Position numbers and translations under genes: made by a program
Assembly: GCA_043809585.1 (NCBI GenBank)
Contig: JBDROZ010000018.1
Coordinates: 1 to 55,387, forward strand
DNA length: 55,387 nucleotides
From: Candidatus Eiseniibacteriota bacterium
GTDB lineage: Bacteria > Orphanbacterota > Orphanbacteria > Orphanbacterales > Orphanbacteraceae
Reading direction: 5' to 3'
The notes under the pieces: model-generated
Told to the model about the DNA's origin: nothing
The model's input: only the letters and a program-made list of their open reading frames with translations
Databases searched by the model: none
In this document: positions 9,182 to 22,794 of the stretch, one piece after another
Position numbering within the stretch: the stretch's first letter is position 1
Layout of the letters: every line of letters begins with the position of its first letter

Positions 9182-10381
9182 CTATATGAACGGGTTGAGG
9201 TCCAGTTTCTCGATGCCCGCGTCCTTCAGGTTCTTCCGCACCCGGAGCCCGAACAGCAGGAGCAGCCCGAGGCCGAGGAGGAAGAGTGCCCACGAGACGA
9301 GGCGCGCGAGGGCGTTTCCGTCGGGGAGCGCCATGAGCCAAACGGCCGTCCCGAACATGTTCAGGAACGAGAGCGGCACGAGGTACTTCCAGCAGACGGT
9401 CATCATCTGGTCGACCCGCACCCGCGGCACGGTCCAGCGGACCCAGATGATGACGAAGACCAGGACCCACGACTTCGCCGTGAAGACGGCGACCTGGAAG
9501 AGGGTCTGGAGAAGGCCGGAGAAGACCGCCGGCACGTTCCACCCGCCGAGAAAGAGCACGTTCACGAGGGAGGCGATCACCCACAGGTTGGCCCATTCGG
9601 CCAGCATGAAGAGGGCGAAGCGGATCCCCGAATACTCGGTCGTGTATCCGGCGACGAGCTCCGACTCCGCCTCGGGCAGGTCGAAGGGCGTCCGGTTCCC
9701 CTCCGCCAGGGAGGAGACGAAGAAGAGGAAGAACGCGGCGAAGAGGAAGGGGTTCCGGAAGACGTACCAGTCCACCGGGCTCCACCCCTGGCTCTTGATG
9801 ATCCCCTGAAGGCTGAGCGTCCCCGCGGCGAGAAGCACGGTGAGGAGGCCGAGACCCGAGGGGATTTCATACGAGACGATCTGGGCCGCCGAGCGCATCC
9901 CCCCGAGGAGGGACCATTTGTTGTTCGACGCCCACCCGGCCATGATGATCCCCACCGGGACGAGGGAGGTGATCGCCATGACGTAAAAAACGCCGAGATT
10001 CAGGTCGGCGATGACGAGGTGCTCCGAGAAGGGGATGACGGCGAAGGCGCCGAACATGCCGCAGAAGACGAGGTACGGGGCCATCCGGAAGAGGATCCGG
10101 TCCGCGCCGTCCGGGATCAGGTCCTCCTTGAGGATGCACTTCACGCCGTCGGCGACCCACTGGAGGAGGCCCTGGGGGCCGACCCGGTTCGGGCCGACCC
10201 GCGACTGCATGCGGGCCGCCACGCGCCGCTCCACCCACGTCACTACTCCTGAGAAGGGGGCGACGAAAAGGAAGAGGAGGAGGACCGAGAAGAAGAGCAT
10301 GCCGGCGAAGTAGACGAGGGAGACGGTCCCCTCGCCGCCCCAGCCCTGGCTCCGGATGATCCGATCGAGCAGTTCCTGCAC
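9182..10381 (-). CDS. nuoH: NADH-quinone oxidoreductase subunit H
   Basis: [41 protein letters not shown]. Confidence 0.97.
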   Translation of the reverse strand: MQELLDRIIRSQGWGGEGTVSLVYFAGMLFFSVLLLFLFVAPFSGVVTWVERRVAARMQSRVGPNRVGPQGLLQWVADGVKCILKEDLIPDGADRILFRMAPYLVFCGMFGAFAVIPFSEHLVIADLNLGVFYVMAITSLVPVGIIMAGWASNNKWSLLGGMRSAAQIVSYEIPSGLGLLTVLLAAGTLSLQGIIKSQGWSPVDWYVFRNPFLFAAFFLFFVSSLAEGNRTPFDLPEAESELVAGYTTEYSGIRFALFMLAEWANLWVIASLVNVLFLGGWNVPAVFSGLLQTLFQVAVFTAKSWVLVFVIIWVRWTVPRVRVDQMMTVCWKYLVPLSFLNMFGTAVWLMALPDGNALARLVSWALFLLGLGLLLLFGLRVRKNLKDAGIEKLDLNPFI

Positions 10382-10393
10382 CGTCCGTCTCTC

Positions 10394-11518
10394 CTACCGG
10401 TCGATTTCGGGGGCCACCACGTCGATGCTGGCGATGAGCGCCACCAGGTCGGCCAACATCAGTCCGGGCGCGACCTTCTCCACCACGGACATGGCGGAGA
10501 AGCTGCCGGTCCGGATGCGCATCCGCTCCGCCTTGTCGGTCCCGTTGGAGACGATGAAGTAGCCCATCTCCCCCCGGGGGGCCTCGGAGGCGACGTAGAC
10601 GCTCGCCCCCTTCTCGGGCTTCACCTTCTTCAGTTTCGCCCGGACCTCCTCCTCCCCGTGGGGGAAGCGGTCGAGGCACTGGCGGACGATCTTCACCGAC
10701 TCTTCCATCTCTTTCACGCGGACCACGAAGCGGTCGAGGCCGTCGCCGGTCACGCCGATCTTGTCCGAGCCGAGGGGCACGTCGAACTCCAGCTCCGGGT
10801 AGAGGCCGTACGGCTCGTCCCGCCGGATGTCCCGCTTCACCCCCGAGGCGCGGAGGTTCGGACCGGCGAGCCCGTAGTCGACGGCCGTCTCCCGGGGGAT
10901 CACGGCGACGCCCGCGAGGCGCTCCACGAAGATTTTGTTCCCGGTGATGAGGCGGTCGAACTCGGGGATCAACTTCTCGAAGGAGTCGATGAACTTGCGG
11001 ACCTTGTCGAGCCAGCCGGCGGGCGCGTCGAAGGAGACGCCGCCGATCCAGATGTAATTGTGGGTGAGCCGCGCCCCGCAGATCTCTTCGAAGAGATCGT
11101 TGACGCGCTCCCGCTCCCGGAGGGTCCAGGGGAAGGGGGTGATGGCGCCGAGGTCCATCGCCATGCAACCCACGGCGATCAAGTGGCTCGAGATCCGGTT
11201 CAGCTCGCCCACGATCGTCCGGAGGTACTCCGCCCGGATCGGGACCTCGATGCCGGCGAGTTTCTCCACGGCGAGGCAGTACGCCCAGTTGGCGTTCATG
11301 GCGCAGACGTAGTCGACCCGGTCCGTGTACGGCGTGAAGCCGACGTAAGTCATCTTCTCGCCGATCTTCTCGATCGAGCGGTGCAGGAAGCCGACGTCCG
11401 GCCTGCAGGTGTGCACCACTTCGCCGTCGGAGGTGAGAATGAACCGGAGGACCCCGTGGGTGGAGGGGTGATGGGGCCCCATGTTCAGCGTCATCTCTTC
11501 GGTCTTGAAAATCGTCAT
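10394..11518 (-). CDS. nuoD: NADH-quinone oxidoreductase subunit D
   Basis: [26 protein letters not shown]-terminal EIDR; start 11518 or GTG 11521. Confidence 0.96.
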   Translation of the reverse strand: MTIFKTEEMTLNMGPHHPSTHGVLRFILTSDGEVVHTCRPDVGFLHRSIEKIGEKMTYVGFTPYTDRVDYVCAMNANWAYCLAVEKLAGIEVPIRAEYLRTIVGELNRISSHLIAVGCMAMDLGAITPFPWTLRERERVNDLFEEICGARLTHNYIWIGGVSFDAPAGWLDKVRKFIDSFEKLIPEFDRLITGNKIFVERLAGVAVIPRETAVDYGLAGPNLRASGVKRDIRRDEPYGLYPELEFDVPLGSDKIGVTGDGLDRFVVRVKEMEESVKIVRQCLDRFPHGEEEVRAKLKKVKPEKGASVYVASEAPRGEMGYFIVSNGTDKAERMRIRTGSFSAMSVVEKVAPGLMLADLVALIASIDVVAPEIDR

Positions 11519-12012
11519 CACTCGAGTCCGATGCCGTAGTCGCGGGTGTTGTCGATCTCGCCGTACCGCATGGGATCCACGTAGTCCTTCCGGAGAGGGT
11601 GGCCTTCCCAGTCGTCGGGGAGCATGATCCGCCGGAGATCGGGGTGCCCTAAGAATCGGATGCCGAAGAGATCGAAGGCCTCTCGTTCGAACCATCCCGC
11701 CCCTTCCCACACCGGGAAGAGCGATTCGATCTCCGGGTTCTCCCGGGGGACCGAAGCCCGGAGGGCGAGTTTGCCGCCGTGATGGGTGGAGCGGAGGTGA
11801 AGGGCGACGGTGAGGCTCTCCCCCTCGTCCAGGCCGCCGAGATTGGTCAGGTAGTCGAAGCGGAAAGCCCCGTCCTCCTTGAGAAAGCGCCCGACCTCGC
11901 GGATCCGCGCGGCATCCACGACGAGATAAGGCTCGCCGATCGCCTCGGGCGTTTCCAAGAGCGCCCCCGGAAGGGCTTCCCGGATTCTCGCTTCCCCTTC
12001 TCCGAATTCCAT
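11518..12012 (-). CDS. nuoC: NADH-quinone oxidoreductase subunit C
   Basis: [38 protein letters not shown]. Confidence 0.96.
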   Translation of the reverse strand: MEFGEGEARIREALPGALLETPEAIGEPYLVVDAARIREVGRFLKEDGAFRFDYLTNLGGLDEGESLTVALHLRSTHHGGKLALRASVPRENPEIESLFPVWEGAGWFEREAFDLFGIRFLGHPDLRRIMLPDDWEGHPLRKDYVDPMRYGEIDNTRDYGIGLE

Positions 12013-12014
12013 GG

Positions 12015-12524
12015 CTAGTTCGCCTTCGAGTTCTTCTCGCCCGCCAGGTACTTGTCCGTGCGGATCTTCTTCTGAATCTCGATGAGCGCCTCGGTGAGCG
12101 CCTCCGGCCGGGGGGGACAACCGGGGATGTAAATGTCCACGGGGATCATCTTGTCGATGCCCCGGAGGACCGAGTAACCGTAGTCGAAGAGGCCGCCCGA
12201 GTTCGAGCAGCTTCCCATGGAAATGACGTATTTCGGGTCCGGCATCTGGTCGTAGAGCCGCTTGACCCGGGACGCCATCTTCAGGGTCACCGTGCCGGCG
12301 ACGATGATGAGGTCCGCCTGCCTCGGCGTGGCCCGAGGGACCGCGCCGAACCGGTCCAGATCCGCCCGGGGACCGCCGGTCTGCATCAGCTCGATGGCGC
12401 AGCAGGCGAGCCCGAACAGGAGGTACCAGAGGGAAGAGAGACGGGTCCAGTTGAGCAGTTTGTCGACGCTCGTCACGAGGATCCCGTCACCGAGGGACTG
12501 GTTGAACCCGAATTCCTCTTTCAT
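12015..12524 (-). CDS. nuoB: NADH-quinone oxidoreductase subunit B
   Basis: [31 protein letters not shown] 12524 overlaps nuoA stop. Confidence 0.96.
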   Translation of the reverse strand: MKEEFGFNQSLGDGILVTSVDKLLNWTRLSSLWYLLFGLACCAIELMQTGGPRADLDRFGAVPRATPRQADLIIVAGTVTLKMASRVKRLYDQMPDPKYVISMGSCSNSGGLFDYGYSVLRGIDKMIPVDIYIPGCPPRPEALTEALIEIQKKIRTDKYLAGEKNSKAN

Positions 12525-12928
12525 GCCTCGGCCGAACCTTCCTCGGGGGGAATCTCTTTCTTCCAATCGATGTCCCCCTTCCGCCAGACATAGACCAGCC
12601 CGAGGAAGAGGATGCCCACGAAGACGAAGATCTCCCCGAAGGCGATCATGCCCCGGCCTTCCTGGGTCCAGCGGCGGAAGACCGCGGCCACGGGAAAGAC
12701 GAAGGCGATCTCCACGTCGAAAATCAGGAAGATCAGGGCGACCAGATAGAAACGAAAATTGAAGCGGATGCGGCCGCCCCCGAGGGGGACCTCGGCGCAT
12801 TCGTAGACTTGGTCTTTTTCGGGGGTCGGGTGCCGCGGCTGGATCAGACGGCTCGCGAACAACATCGCCCACGTGAAGAGGACGCCGACGATCAGGAAGA
12901 TGATGATGTTGGCCAGGTTGAAGTACAT
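12521..12928 (-). CDS. nuoA: NADH-quinone oxidoreductase subunit A
   Basis: [27 protein letters not shown]. Confidence 0.96.
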   Translation of the reverse strand: MYFNLANIIIFLIVGVLFTWAMLFASRLIQPRHPTPEKDQVYECAEVPLGGGRIRFNFRFYLVALIFLIFDVEIAFVFPVAAVFRRWTQEGRGMIAFGEIFVFVGILFLGLVYVWRKGDIDWKKEIPPEEGSAEA

Positions 12929-13152
12929 GGGACCCAGTAGATTTGGAAACGCGTTCTCCGCCTACGATGATTGATTAACCGGGCTCACGATCCGAAGTGT
13001 GATCCCGATGGGAATCCAGTTCAAGGGGAAAAAGGCACTTGCTGCGGCCCACCGGCATTAAGAGTCGTGAAGGTAGTATGAGCGGCCTTGAACGGGAGGG
13101 GCCGGGTGGTCGCGGGGCCCTCCCCCCGGGAGGAGAGGAGGGTCCCCGCGGT

Positions 13153-14079
13153 CTACTCCCCGGATTCGAGCCAGCGCTCCGCGTCGAGGGCGGCTGCGCA
13201 GCCGCTTCCGGCGGCGGTCACGGCCTGGCGGTAGACGTGGTCCTGCACGTCCCCCGCGGCGAAAACCCCTTCCACGCTCGTGCGGGTGCCGTCGTGGACC
13301 AGGATGTAGCCGTTCTCGTCGGTGTCGACCTTCCCCTCGAAGATCTTCGTGTTCGGCGTGTGGCCGATGCCGAGGAAGAAGCCGTCCAGCGGGAGGTCGC
13401 GCACCTCGCCGGTCTTCGCGTTTTTCAGGCGGGCGCCCGTGACGGTCTTGTCGCCGACGACCTCCTCGACCAGCGTGTCCCAGAGGATCTCGATCTTGGC
13501 GTTCTCCGTGGCCCGCTTCTGCATGATCTTCGACGCCCGGAGCTCGTCCCGGCGGTGAATCAGGTAGACCTTGGAGGCGAACTTGGTGAGGAACGTCGCC
13601 TCCTCCACGGCCGAGTCGCCGCCGCCGACCACGCAGACCACCTTGTCCCGGTAAAAGAAGCCGTCGCAGGTGGCGCAGGCCGAGACGCCGTGCCCGATGA
13701 GCCGGAGCTCCGATTCGAGGCCGAGGTAGCGGGCGCTCGCGCCGGTGGAGATGATCACCGCGTCGACGAGCACCGTCTCCTTCTCCTCCACGACGACCTG
13801 GAAGGGCCGCTCCGAGAAGTCGACGGCCGTCACCTCCTTGGCCACGCACTCGGCGCCGAACCGAGCCGCCTGCTTCCGGAAGATGTCCATCATCTCGGGC
13901 CCCATGATGCCGTCCGGGAAACCGGGATAATTCTCCACGTCCGTGGTTGTCGTCAGCTGCCCGCCGGGCTGCATTCCCTCGAGCACGAGGGGGGCGAGAT
14001 CCGCCCGGGCGGCGTAGATCGCCGCGGTGAGGCCTGCCGGGCCGGAGCCGATGATCACCACGGGGTACCGGTCTTTCAT
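13153..14079 (-). CDS. trxB: Thioredoxin-disulfide reductase
   Basis: [37 protein letters not shown]. Confidence 0.97.
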   Translation of the reverse strand: MKDRYPVVIIGSGPAGLTAAIYAARADLAPLVLEGMQPGGQLTTTTDVENYPGFPDGIMGPEMMDIFRKQAARFGAECVAKEVTAVDFSERPFQVVVEEKETVLVDAVIISTGASARYLGLESELRLIGHGVSACATCDGFFYRDKVVCVVGGGDSAVEEATFLTKFASKVYLIHRRDELRASKIMQKRATENAKIEILWDTLVEEVVGDKTVTGARLKNAKTGEVRDLPLDGFFLGIGHTPNTKIFEGKVDTDENGYILVHDGTRTSVEGVFAAGDVQDHVYRQAVTAAGSGCAAALDAERWLESGE

Positions 14080-14144
14080 CGTCCTGTCCTCTCTTCCTTT
14101 CGACGGGGGGCCGCGGGGCGGCCCGGCCCGGTGGTTTCCTGCTT

Positions 14145-15641
14145 CTAGGAGCCGGCCCGGTCGATCAGGTAGGCGAGGAGGATCGCCGCGCCGAATCCGG
14201 TGGGCCCCCCCGGGCCGAGATCGTGATCCGACGGCGACCACGCCACCCCGGCGATGTCGATATGAGCCCACTTCGTGCGGTCCACGAAGCGCTCGAGGAA
14301 TTTGGCCGCCACCACCGCGCCCCCGCCCACGGCGGAGGAGCGGGCGATGTTCCTCATGTCCGCCAAGTCGCTCTTCAGCTCCTTATCATAGGCCGGCCAT
14401 AGGGGCATGCGCCACACCCGCTGGCCCGACGCGTCCCCCGCGTCGGCGAGGGCACCGGCGAGCCCGTCGTCGTTCGAGAAGAGGCCGGCCCCGTGGCGGC
14501 CGAGGGCGATCTTGCACGCGCCGGTCAGGGTCGCCACGTCGATCATCGCCTCCGGTTTTATGTTCTTCTCGGTCCAGGCGAGGCCGTCCGCGAGGATCAG
14601 CCGCCCCTCGGCGTCCGTGTTGTCCACCTCCACGGTGAGGCCCTTGTACGTGTCGATCACGTCCCCCGGCCGGTAGGAGCGGGGCCCGGGGAGGTTTTCG
14701 GCGGTGGGGACCACCGTCACGAGCCGGATCGGGAGCCGGAGGGCGAGGGCGGCCCGTGTCGCGGCGAGGACCGCCGCGGCACCGCTCATGTCGTACTTCA
14801 TCTGCATCATCCGGTCCGGCGCCTTGAGGGAGAGACCGCCCGAGTCGAAGACGATCCCTTTCCCGACGAGGGCGACTACGGGGCCCTTGCCGCCGGTCCC
14901 GTCGTATTCGATCCGGATGAACCGGGGAGGCCGATCGCTCCCCCTGCCGACGGCGAGAAGGGAGTGGAGGCCTTCTCCTTCGATCTTCTTCTCATCCCAG
15001 ATCGTGACGGACGCGCCCCCTTCCAGGGCGAGCCGCTCCGCCTCGGCGGCCAGTTCCGAAGGACCGAGCCGGTTCGCCGGCTCCATGGCGAGCCGTCGGG
15101 CGAAGAGAACCGCCGCCGCGAGGGCGGCGCCGGTCTCCGCCGCTCTCGCCCCCTCCGATTCGGGGGCGTCGCCGAAGAGGACGATCTCCTCCACCGGGGG
15201 CGCGTCCTCTTCCTTCCAGGGGAAGCGGGAGCCGAGAACCGCCCCCACCGCGCACGCCCGGATCCGGTCGGCGCCGGTCCCGGTCCCTTCCGGCACCAGG
15301 ACAGCGAACCGGATCACCCGGACCCGGCGGGCCTCCCGGGCGACGCGGGCCGACCACCGGCGGAGCAGATCCGGGTCCACGCGGTCCCCGTCGCCGAGGC
15401 CGGCGGCGAGCAGGCGGCCCGGACCATCGCCCTCCCGGTCGGAATACAGGAGAGCCGTTTCGAACGGATCGCCGCGAAAGTCGCCGCTCTCCCGGAGAGG
15501 TCCGAGCGACGCGAGAGCGGGATCCGGGGCGCCGCCGTTTCGAGTAACCCCCGCCGCGACGAGATCGTACTCCGCCGTGCCCGGGCGTCCCCGCCGGTAG
15601 GTCAGTTTCGGGATCGGTCCGAGTTTGATCAACGTGTTCAC
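14145..15641 (-). CDS. pepA: Leucyl aminopeptidase (M17)
   Basis: [41 protein letters not shown]. Confidence 0.95.
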   Translation of the reverse strand: MNTLIKLGPIPKLTYRRGRPGTAEYDLVAAGVTRNGGAPDPALASLGPLRESGDFRGDPFETALLYSDREGDGPGRLLAAGLGDGDRVDPDLLRRWSARVAREARRVRVIRFAVLVPEGTGTGADRIRACAVGAVLGSRFPWKEEDAPPVEEIVLFGDAPESEGARAAETGAALAAAVLFARRLAMEPANRLGPSELAAEAERLALEGGASVTIWDEKKIEGEGLHSLLAVGRGSDRPPRFIRIEYDGTGGKGPVVALVGKGIVFDSGGLSLKAPDRMMQMKYDMSGAAAVLAATRAALALRLPIRLVTVVPTAENLPGPRSYRPGDVIDTYKGLTVEVDNTDAEGRLILADGLAWTEKNIKPEAMIDVATLTGACKIALGRHGAGLFSNDDGLAGALADAGDASGQRVWRMPLWPAYDKELKSDLADMRNIARSSAVGGGAVVAAKFLERFVDRTKWAHIDIAGVAWSPSDHDLGPGGPTGFGAAILLAYLIDRAGS

Positions 15642-15743
15642 TCCGGGTCTTTCGCCCCGAGGGGCGGATGGACGGTCGACTCAATCCAAGACCCGTAGTC
15701 TAGCAGACCGGTGCGCCCGGCGGAAAGGGGAGAGGGGGGCGCG

Positions 15744-15772
15744 TTGACACGCCGCGGCCCCGGTGGTAGTTT
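15744..15772 (+). promoter_or_regulatory. sigma70-type promoter for the DHH gene
   Basis: TTGACA-17 bp-TAGTTT with TGn extension. Confidence 0.65.
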
Positions 15773-15815
15773 GGGCCATTCGGCGCCCGGTGTACGGGCC
15801 CGGCGGAGGAATCTC

Positions 15816-16814
15816 ATGGCCCTTCCCATAATCGACTGGGGACCGGTGCGCCGTCCCCTGGAAGAGAACCGGAGCTTCCTCGTCACGAGTCACGTGAACC
15901 CCGAGGCGGACGCGATCGGTTCCGAGATGGCCCTCGCCCGGTTCCTCCGGGAGCGGGGGGCCGCGGTGCGCATCGTGAATCCCACTCCGACTCCGGTGAA
16001 CTGCCGGTTCCTCGACCCGGAAGGGGAGATCATCATCTTCGACAAGGGGCGGGCGAACGCCGTGCTGGACGACGTTTGCGCCGTCGTCATCCTGGACCTC
16101 TCGAGCTGGGTCCAGCTCGGGGCTTTCGGCGACGCCATCCGGGAGCGGGATCCCTTCCGGATCTGTATCGACCACCACCTCGAGCCGGACCCGGGGATCG
16201 CCCCCGTCTCGGTGATCGACCCGACCGCCGCCGCCACCGGGATCCTGATCCACGAGCTGATCGGGGAGATGGGAGGAACCTCGACGCCCGCGATCGCCGA
16301 GGCCCTCTACGCGGCGCTCATCGTCGATACGGGTTGTTTCCGATTCTCCAACACCGACGAGCGCGCCCTCCGGACCGCGGCCGAGCTCGTCCGGGCAGGC
16401 GTCCGGCCGGAGCGGGCCTACCGGGAGGCGTTCGAGAACCGCCGTCTCGCTTCGGTCAAACTGCTCCCTCTCGTCTTCGCGGCTCTCGAGCGGGGGAGCG
16501 GCGGCAAGGTCCTGGCGGTCCGAGTCACCAAGGAGATGCTCTCCGAAGCCGGTGCGCGGCATGAAGATACGGAAGGATTCATCGAACTGCTCCGGGCCGT
16601 GAAGGGTGTCGAAGTGTGTGCCGTCTTCAAGGAGCAGAAGCCGGAGCGAATCCGGGTCTCCCTCCGTTCGACGGGGGATGTAGACGTGAGCCGTTTCGCC
16701 CGGTCCTTTGGAGGGGGGGGGCACGCGAAGGCGGCCGGCCTCACCGTGGAAAAATCGATGGAAGAAGCGGTGGGCCTGGTTCTCTCGGGGCTCGACGCCC
16801 TCCTGGCGGGCTGA
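15816..16814 (+). CDS. nrnA: DHH/DHHA1 phosphoesterase (NrnA-like oligoribonuclease/pAp phosphatase)
   Basis: HVNPEADAIGS, IDHH, DTGCF, GGGGHAKAAG; GGAGG RBS before ATG 15816. Confidence 0.88.
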   Translation: MALPIIDWGPVRRPLEENRSFLVTSHVNPEADAIGSEMALARFLRERGAAVRIVNPTPTPVNCRFLDPEGEIIIFDKGRANAVLDDVCAVVILDLSSWVQLGAFGDAIRERDPFRICIDHHLEPDPGIAPVSVIDPTAAATGILIHELIGEMGGTSTPAIAEALYAALIVDTGCFRFSNTDERALRTAAELVRAGVRPERAYREAFENRRLASVKLLPLVFAALERGSGGKVLAVRVTKEMLSEAGARHEDTEGFIELLRAVKGVEVCAVFKEQKPERIRVSLRSTGDVDVSRFARSFGGGGHAKAAGLTVEKSMEEAVGLVLSGLDALLAG

Positions 16815-16899
16815 GGGCTGGTCTTCTTCCCCCGTATTTGCGACCTTTCCCCCCCCAAGTTGGTATATACTGATTAACGGATCGAAACGGAGTGAGACC

Positions 16900-17328
16900 A
16901 TGAGCAAGAGAAAGCACGGTAAGTTCTTGATCGGCATCGCCTTGGTTCTCGGTACCGTGGCTTGGCTCGCCTTCACGGGATTCGAGGAGAGCAAGGCGTA
17001 CTACCGCACCGTCGAGGAGGTCCAGGAACTGGGCGAAGCGGTGGCGGACCAGCGCCTGAAGGTGGGGGGGGATGTCCAGGACGGCAGCATCGAGTGGAAG
17101 GGGAAGGAACTGCACTTCCGGCTCGCCCAGGAGGAGCACGTGATCCCCGTGATCTACGTCGGCACGGACCCGGTTCCCGACACGTTCAAGGACGGGTCCC
17201 AGGCGGTCGTCGAGGGGAAGATGCGGCCGGACGGCACCCTCGAAGCGGTGAAGATCCAGGCGAAGTGCGCCTCCAAGTACGAGGCGGACTACAGTGAATA
17301 CGGCGAAGATGAGAACGCGGGAGCGTGA
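16900..17328 (+). CDS. ccmE: Heme chaperone CcmE, CxxxY variant
   Basis: N-terminal TM, YYRTVEE, PDTFKDG, VVEG, AKCASKY. Confidence 0.93.
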   Translation: MSKRKHGKFLIGIALVLGTVAWLAFTGFEESKAYYRTVEEVQELGEAVADQRLKVGGDVQDGSIEWKGKELHFRLAQEEHVIPVIYVGTDPVPDTFKDGSQAVVEGKMRPDGTLEAVKIQAKCASKYEADYSEYGEDENAGA

Positions 17329-17360
17329 GTCCCCCGCGATTTCCATAGGATGCCCGGACA

Positions 17361-19331
<1,971 letters not shown>

Positions 19332-19414
19332 CGACATTTTCCCTTGGGCGAATCGGCGGCGAATTGTAGTGTAAGGGGCTGCGGGTTCCGTCGCTTTCCG
19401 GGGAGGTTCGATTC

Positions 19415-19696
19415 GTGACCTGGCTCATCGTCGTCATGCCCTTGATCGCGGTGGCCCTGCTGCTGCCGCCCCTCTTCCGCCCCGGCCGGGACAAGGCCGC
19501 GGACCGGGAGAGCGAGCTCGACATGCTCCTCTTGAAGAAGCGCGCCCTCATCGCCGCCATCCGGGAACTCGATTTCGACCGCGAGATGGGCAAGCTGTCC
19601 GCCGAGGACCACGAGACGCAGCGGCGAATCATGAAGGGGGAGGCGGCGAAGACGATCCGGCAGATCGAGAGCCGGGGGGGGAAGAAGCGTGTCTAG
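19415..19696 (+). CDS. Small membrane protein resembling the CcmI N-terminal segment
   Basis: TM helix then AIRELDFDREMGKLSAED; lies inside ccm cluster. Confidence 0.6.
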   Translation: MTWLIVVMPLIAVALLLPPLFRPGRDKAADRESELDMLLLKKRALIAAIRELDFDREMGKLSAEDHETQRRIMKGEAAKTIRQIESRGGKKRV

Positions 19697-20708
19697 TGAG
19701 CGCCTCGTCCTCTCGGTCCTGGCCATGCTTCTCCCCGCCTCGGCATCCGTGTCGACGGCCGCGACCCTGCGGGGCGAGATCGTCAACGGCACCGGGACCG
19801 GGTTCTCGGCGGCCGTGGAAGTGCATCTCGTCGGATTCGGAGAGGCCGGGGGCGAATGGAAAACCGAGGACGCCCGGGGTGGTTTTCTCTTCGAAGACGT
19901 GCCCGGCGGTCCCGACAATCCGCTCCTCCTCCAGACCTCCTACCTGGGCGTAAGCTACAACGAGCAGTTCACCGTGGGGATCGCGGTGGACACGCTCCTC
20001 ACGGTCCGCGTCTACGAGACGACCACAGGGCCCGTCGCCCTGGAGGTGGAGGAGATGGAGATCGATCTCCGCCGCACCGGCCCCGACCGCCTCCGGGTCG
20101 ACCAGGTTCACCGGGTGATGAACGTGTCCGACCCGCCGCGCACGCTTCTGGACGGCGGTTCGGGCACCTTCCGGACCCGGCTGCCCCTTCCCGCGTCCGA
20201 GCTGGAGGGGCTCGGCATCGCCGTCTCCCGGGGCATCGTCCCGGTGCGCCGCGACCCGATTCCGACGGGAGACCCGCGGGAGGTCGCCATCGACTATCCG
20301 ATCCGCCCCGGCTTCACGGCGGTGGCCGTGAGCTACGACATCCCCTACGCAGGCGCCGTCGACTTTCGCCTGGCCACGCCCCTCGAGGTGCCCCAGGTGA
20401 TTCTCATCGCCCCATCGGACATGACCATCGAAGGCCCGAACGTGACGGCCGCCCACACGGGGGGGGGCGGGGGGGGCGTCTACACGATCAGCGGGACGCC
20501 CGCGGGCGGCGAGATCGCGTTCCGCGCCTCTGGAGGCTCCGTCGCCGCGCCCTCCCCTCCGCCGGAGACGGAGCGTCCCCGGGGGCGGGTCTTTTCCGGG
20601 CCGGCCCCCTTCGAGGACGTACGGACCATGGTCATCGTCCTCGTCCTCGCCGTCCTCTTCGCCGGGCTCCTGATCGCCGGCCGCTTCTTCACCGGGGGCA
20701 CCCGTTGA
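19689..20708 (+). CDS. Exported, C-terminally anchored beta-rich protein of unknown function
   Basis: Signal peptide, TLRGEIVNGT beta-sandwich-like start, C-terminal TM; overlaps both neighbours. Confidence 0.75.
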   Translation: MSSERLVLSVLAMLLPASASVSTAATLRGEIVNGTGTGFSAAVEVHLVGFGEAGGEWKTEDARGGFLFEDVPGGPDNPLLLQTSYLGVSYNEQFTVGIAVDTLLTVRVYETTTGPVALEVEEMEIDLRRTGPDRLRVDQVHRVMNVSDPPRTLLDGGSGTFRTRLPLPASELEGLGIAVSRGIVPVRRDPIPTGDPREVAIDYPIRPGFTAVAVSYDIPYAGAVDFRLATPLEVPQVILIAPSDMTIEGPNVTAAHTGGGGGGVYTISGTPAGGEIAFRASGGSVAAPSPPPETERPRGRVFSGPAPFEDVRTMVIVLVLAVLFAGLLIAGRFFTGGTR

Positions 20709-21427
20709 GCGGGGAAGCCGCCGTCCGCGCTTCCGGGCTCGTCCGCCGATTCGGCTACTTCTACGCCCTGAAGGGGCTCGACTTCGAAGCCCGGGCCGGG
20801 GAGATCGTCCTCGTCCTCGGCCCGAACGGCGCCGGGAAGACGACGCTTCTCCGCATCGCCGGCGGGCTCCTCCTCCCGAGCGAAGGGGAGATCACCGTGC
20901 TCGGCGAGGCGCCCCGCGCCGCCGGCGGCGCCGCCCGCGCCCGCATCGGGTTCCTCTCCCACAATCTCGCGCTCTACCCGGATCTGACGGCGGCCGAGAA
21001 CCTCCGCTTTTTCGCGCGGCTCTACCGGCGCCCCTCCGACCGGAAGAGCATCGACGAGGGTCTCGCCGAGGTGGACCTCGCCGCCTGGGGGGACGAGTCG
21101 GTGCGGAACTTCTCCCGGGGCATGAAACAGCGTCTCGCCCTCGCCCGGGTCTTTCTCCACGAGCCGGACGTCTTTCTCCTCGACGAGCCGTTCACGGGGC
21201 TCGACCTGACGTCCTCCCTCTCCCTCGCCGCCCGTCTCGAGGCCCGCCGGGCCGCGGGGGCGGCGATTCTGCTCGCGAGCCACCGCCTCGAATCGGCGGC
21301 GCCCCTCGGGAGTAGGGCCGTTGTCATCAAGAGGGGGAAGATCGCCGAGACCTCCGACTTCACCGGTCTCTCCACGCCGGACCGGATCGAGACGATGGGG
21401 CGGCTCTTGCGGGAGGCGGCGTCGTGA
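20705..21427 (+). CDS. ccmA: Heme exporter ABC ATPase CcmA
   Basis: GPNGAGKTT, FSRGMKQR, LLDEPFTGLD; TTG at 20705 overlaps upstream stop. Confidence 0.9.
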   Translation: MSGEAAVRASGLVRRFGYFYALKGLDFEARAGEIVLVLGPNGAGKTTLLRIAGGLLLPSEGEITVLGEAPRAAGGAARARIGFLSHNLALYPDLTAAENLRFFARLYRRPSDRKSIDEGLAEVDLAAWGDESVRNFSRGMKQRLALARVFLHEPDVFLLDEPFTGLDLTSSLSLAARLEARRAAGAAILLASHRLESAAPLGSRAVVIKRGKIAETSDFTGLSTPDRIETMGRLLREAAS

Positions 21428-22095
21428 TCGATTCTCTCTCCCGCATCGGCGCCATTCTGGCAAAGGACCTGCTCGTCGAGCTCAGGACCCGGCAGGGCAT
21501 CTTCACCATGACCCTCTTCTCGGTCCTCTCCGTGCTGCTTCTCGCCTTCGCCTTCGAGCCGACCCGGGAGGAGACGATGTTCATCGGGCCCGGCCTCCTC
21601 TGGATCGCCTTCGCCTTCTCCGGCACGATCGGTCTCGAACACACCCTCGCCCTGGAACGGGACATGGGCGGCATGGAGGGGCTCCTCCTCGCGCCGATGG
21701 ACCGGGGCGTGATCTACATCGCCAAGCTCGCGGCGAACGTGCTGTTCATGTACATCGCCGAGATCCTGACGCTCCCCTTCTTCGTGCTCTTCTTCAACGT
21801 GGACATCCTCCCGCTCCTCCCGTCCATGCTCCTCCTGAACCTGCTCGGGACGGTGGGGTTCTGCTCCGTGGGGACGCTGCTCGTGGCGGTGACCGCTCAG
21901 ACCCGCCTCAAGGGGGTGATCCTCCCGGTGCTCCTCTTCCCCGTCATCGTGCCGGTGCTGCTCGCGGCGGTGGAGGGGACGGGGGCGATCTTCCGGGGGG
22001 ACCCGGCGGGGACGCCGATCAAGATCCTGATCGCTTTCGACATCATTTTCGTGACCACGTCGTTCCTGACGTTCGGTTACGCCCTGGAGGACTAG
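21424..22095 (+). CDS. ccmB: Heme exporter permease CcmB
   Basis: KDLLVELR, PGLLW, LPVLLFP. Confidence 0.93.
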   Translation: MIDSLSRIGAILAKDLLVELRTRQGIFTMTLFSVLSVLLLAFAFEPTREETMFIGPGLLWIAFAFSGTIGLEHTLALERDMGGMEGLLLAPMDRGVIYIAKLAANVLFMYIAEILTLPFFVLFFNVDILPLLPSMLLLNLLGTVGFCSVGTLLVAVTAQTRLKGVILPVLLFPVIVPVLLAAVEGTGAIFRGDPAGTPIKILIAFDIIFVTTSFLTFGYALED

Positions 22096-22098
22096 ACC

Positions 22099-22794
22099 AT
22101 GCGGAACGAACGGGGTGGGGTCGACCTCCTGATGATCCTGATCCTCGGCGCGGCGATGACGGTCAATCTCTTCTTGATCTTCTTCTACGCTCCGGTGGAA
22201 CGGACCATGGGGCCGATCCAAAAGGTCTTCTACTTCCACGTGCCGTCGGCGTGGGTGGCGTTCTTCGCCTTCTTCGTCGTCTTCGTCTCGTCCATCGGCT
22301 ACCTGGCCTCGAGGAAGGACTCGTGGGACCGTCTCGCCGAGGCGTCGGCGGTGGTGGGCGTGCTCTTCTGCACGCTCGTGCTGATCACCGGGCCGATCTG
22401 GGCGAAGCCGGTCTGGGGGGTGTGGTGGACGTGGGACTCGCGGCTCACGTCGACCCTCGTCCTCTGGTTTCTCTACGTCGGGTACATGCTCCTCCGCTCC
22501 TACGTGCCGGACTCGTCCCGGCGGGCGACCATGTCCGCGATCCTCGGCATCGTCGGTTTCCTCGACGTGCCGGTGGTCTACTTCTCCATCCGGTGGTGGC
22601 GGAACCAGCATCCGTCGCCCGTCTTCCAGGGGAGCGAAGGCTCCGGGCTCGACCCGAAGATGCGGCTCGCCTTCTTCTTCTCCCTGGCCGTCTTCACGCT
22701 GCTCTTCTACGTGCTTCTCCGCCTTCGTCTTCGCTACTCGTCCATGACGAAGCGGGCGGAAGTGATCTTCGACGAAAGGAGGCGATCCGTATGA
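22099..22794 (+). CDS. ccmC: Heme exporter CcmC
   Basis: FYFHVPSAW, TGPIWAKPVWGVWWTWD, WWRNQHP. Confidence 0.95.
   Translation: MRNERGGVDLLMILILGAAMTVNLFLIFFYAPVERTMGPIQKVFYFHVPSAWVAFFAFFVVFVSSIGYLASRKDSWDRLAEASAVVGVLFCTLVLITGPIWAKPVWGVWWTWDSRLTSTLVLWFLYVGYMLLRSYVPDSSRRATMSAILGIVGFLDVPVVYFSIRWWRNQHPSPVFQGSEGSGLDPKMRLAFFFSLAVFTLLFYVLLRLRLRYSSMTKRAEVIFDERRRSV

Noticed and set aside
11380-11400. NuoD GFLHR instead of GYLHR as a lost quinone-binding Tyr
   Set aside because: The quinone-site residues are the His of HGVLR and the Tyr of RxDY, and both are present
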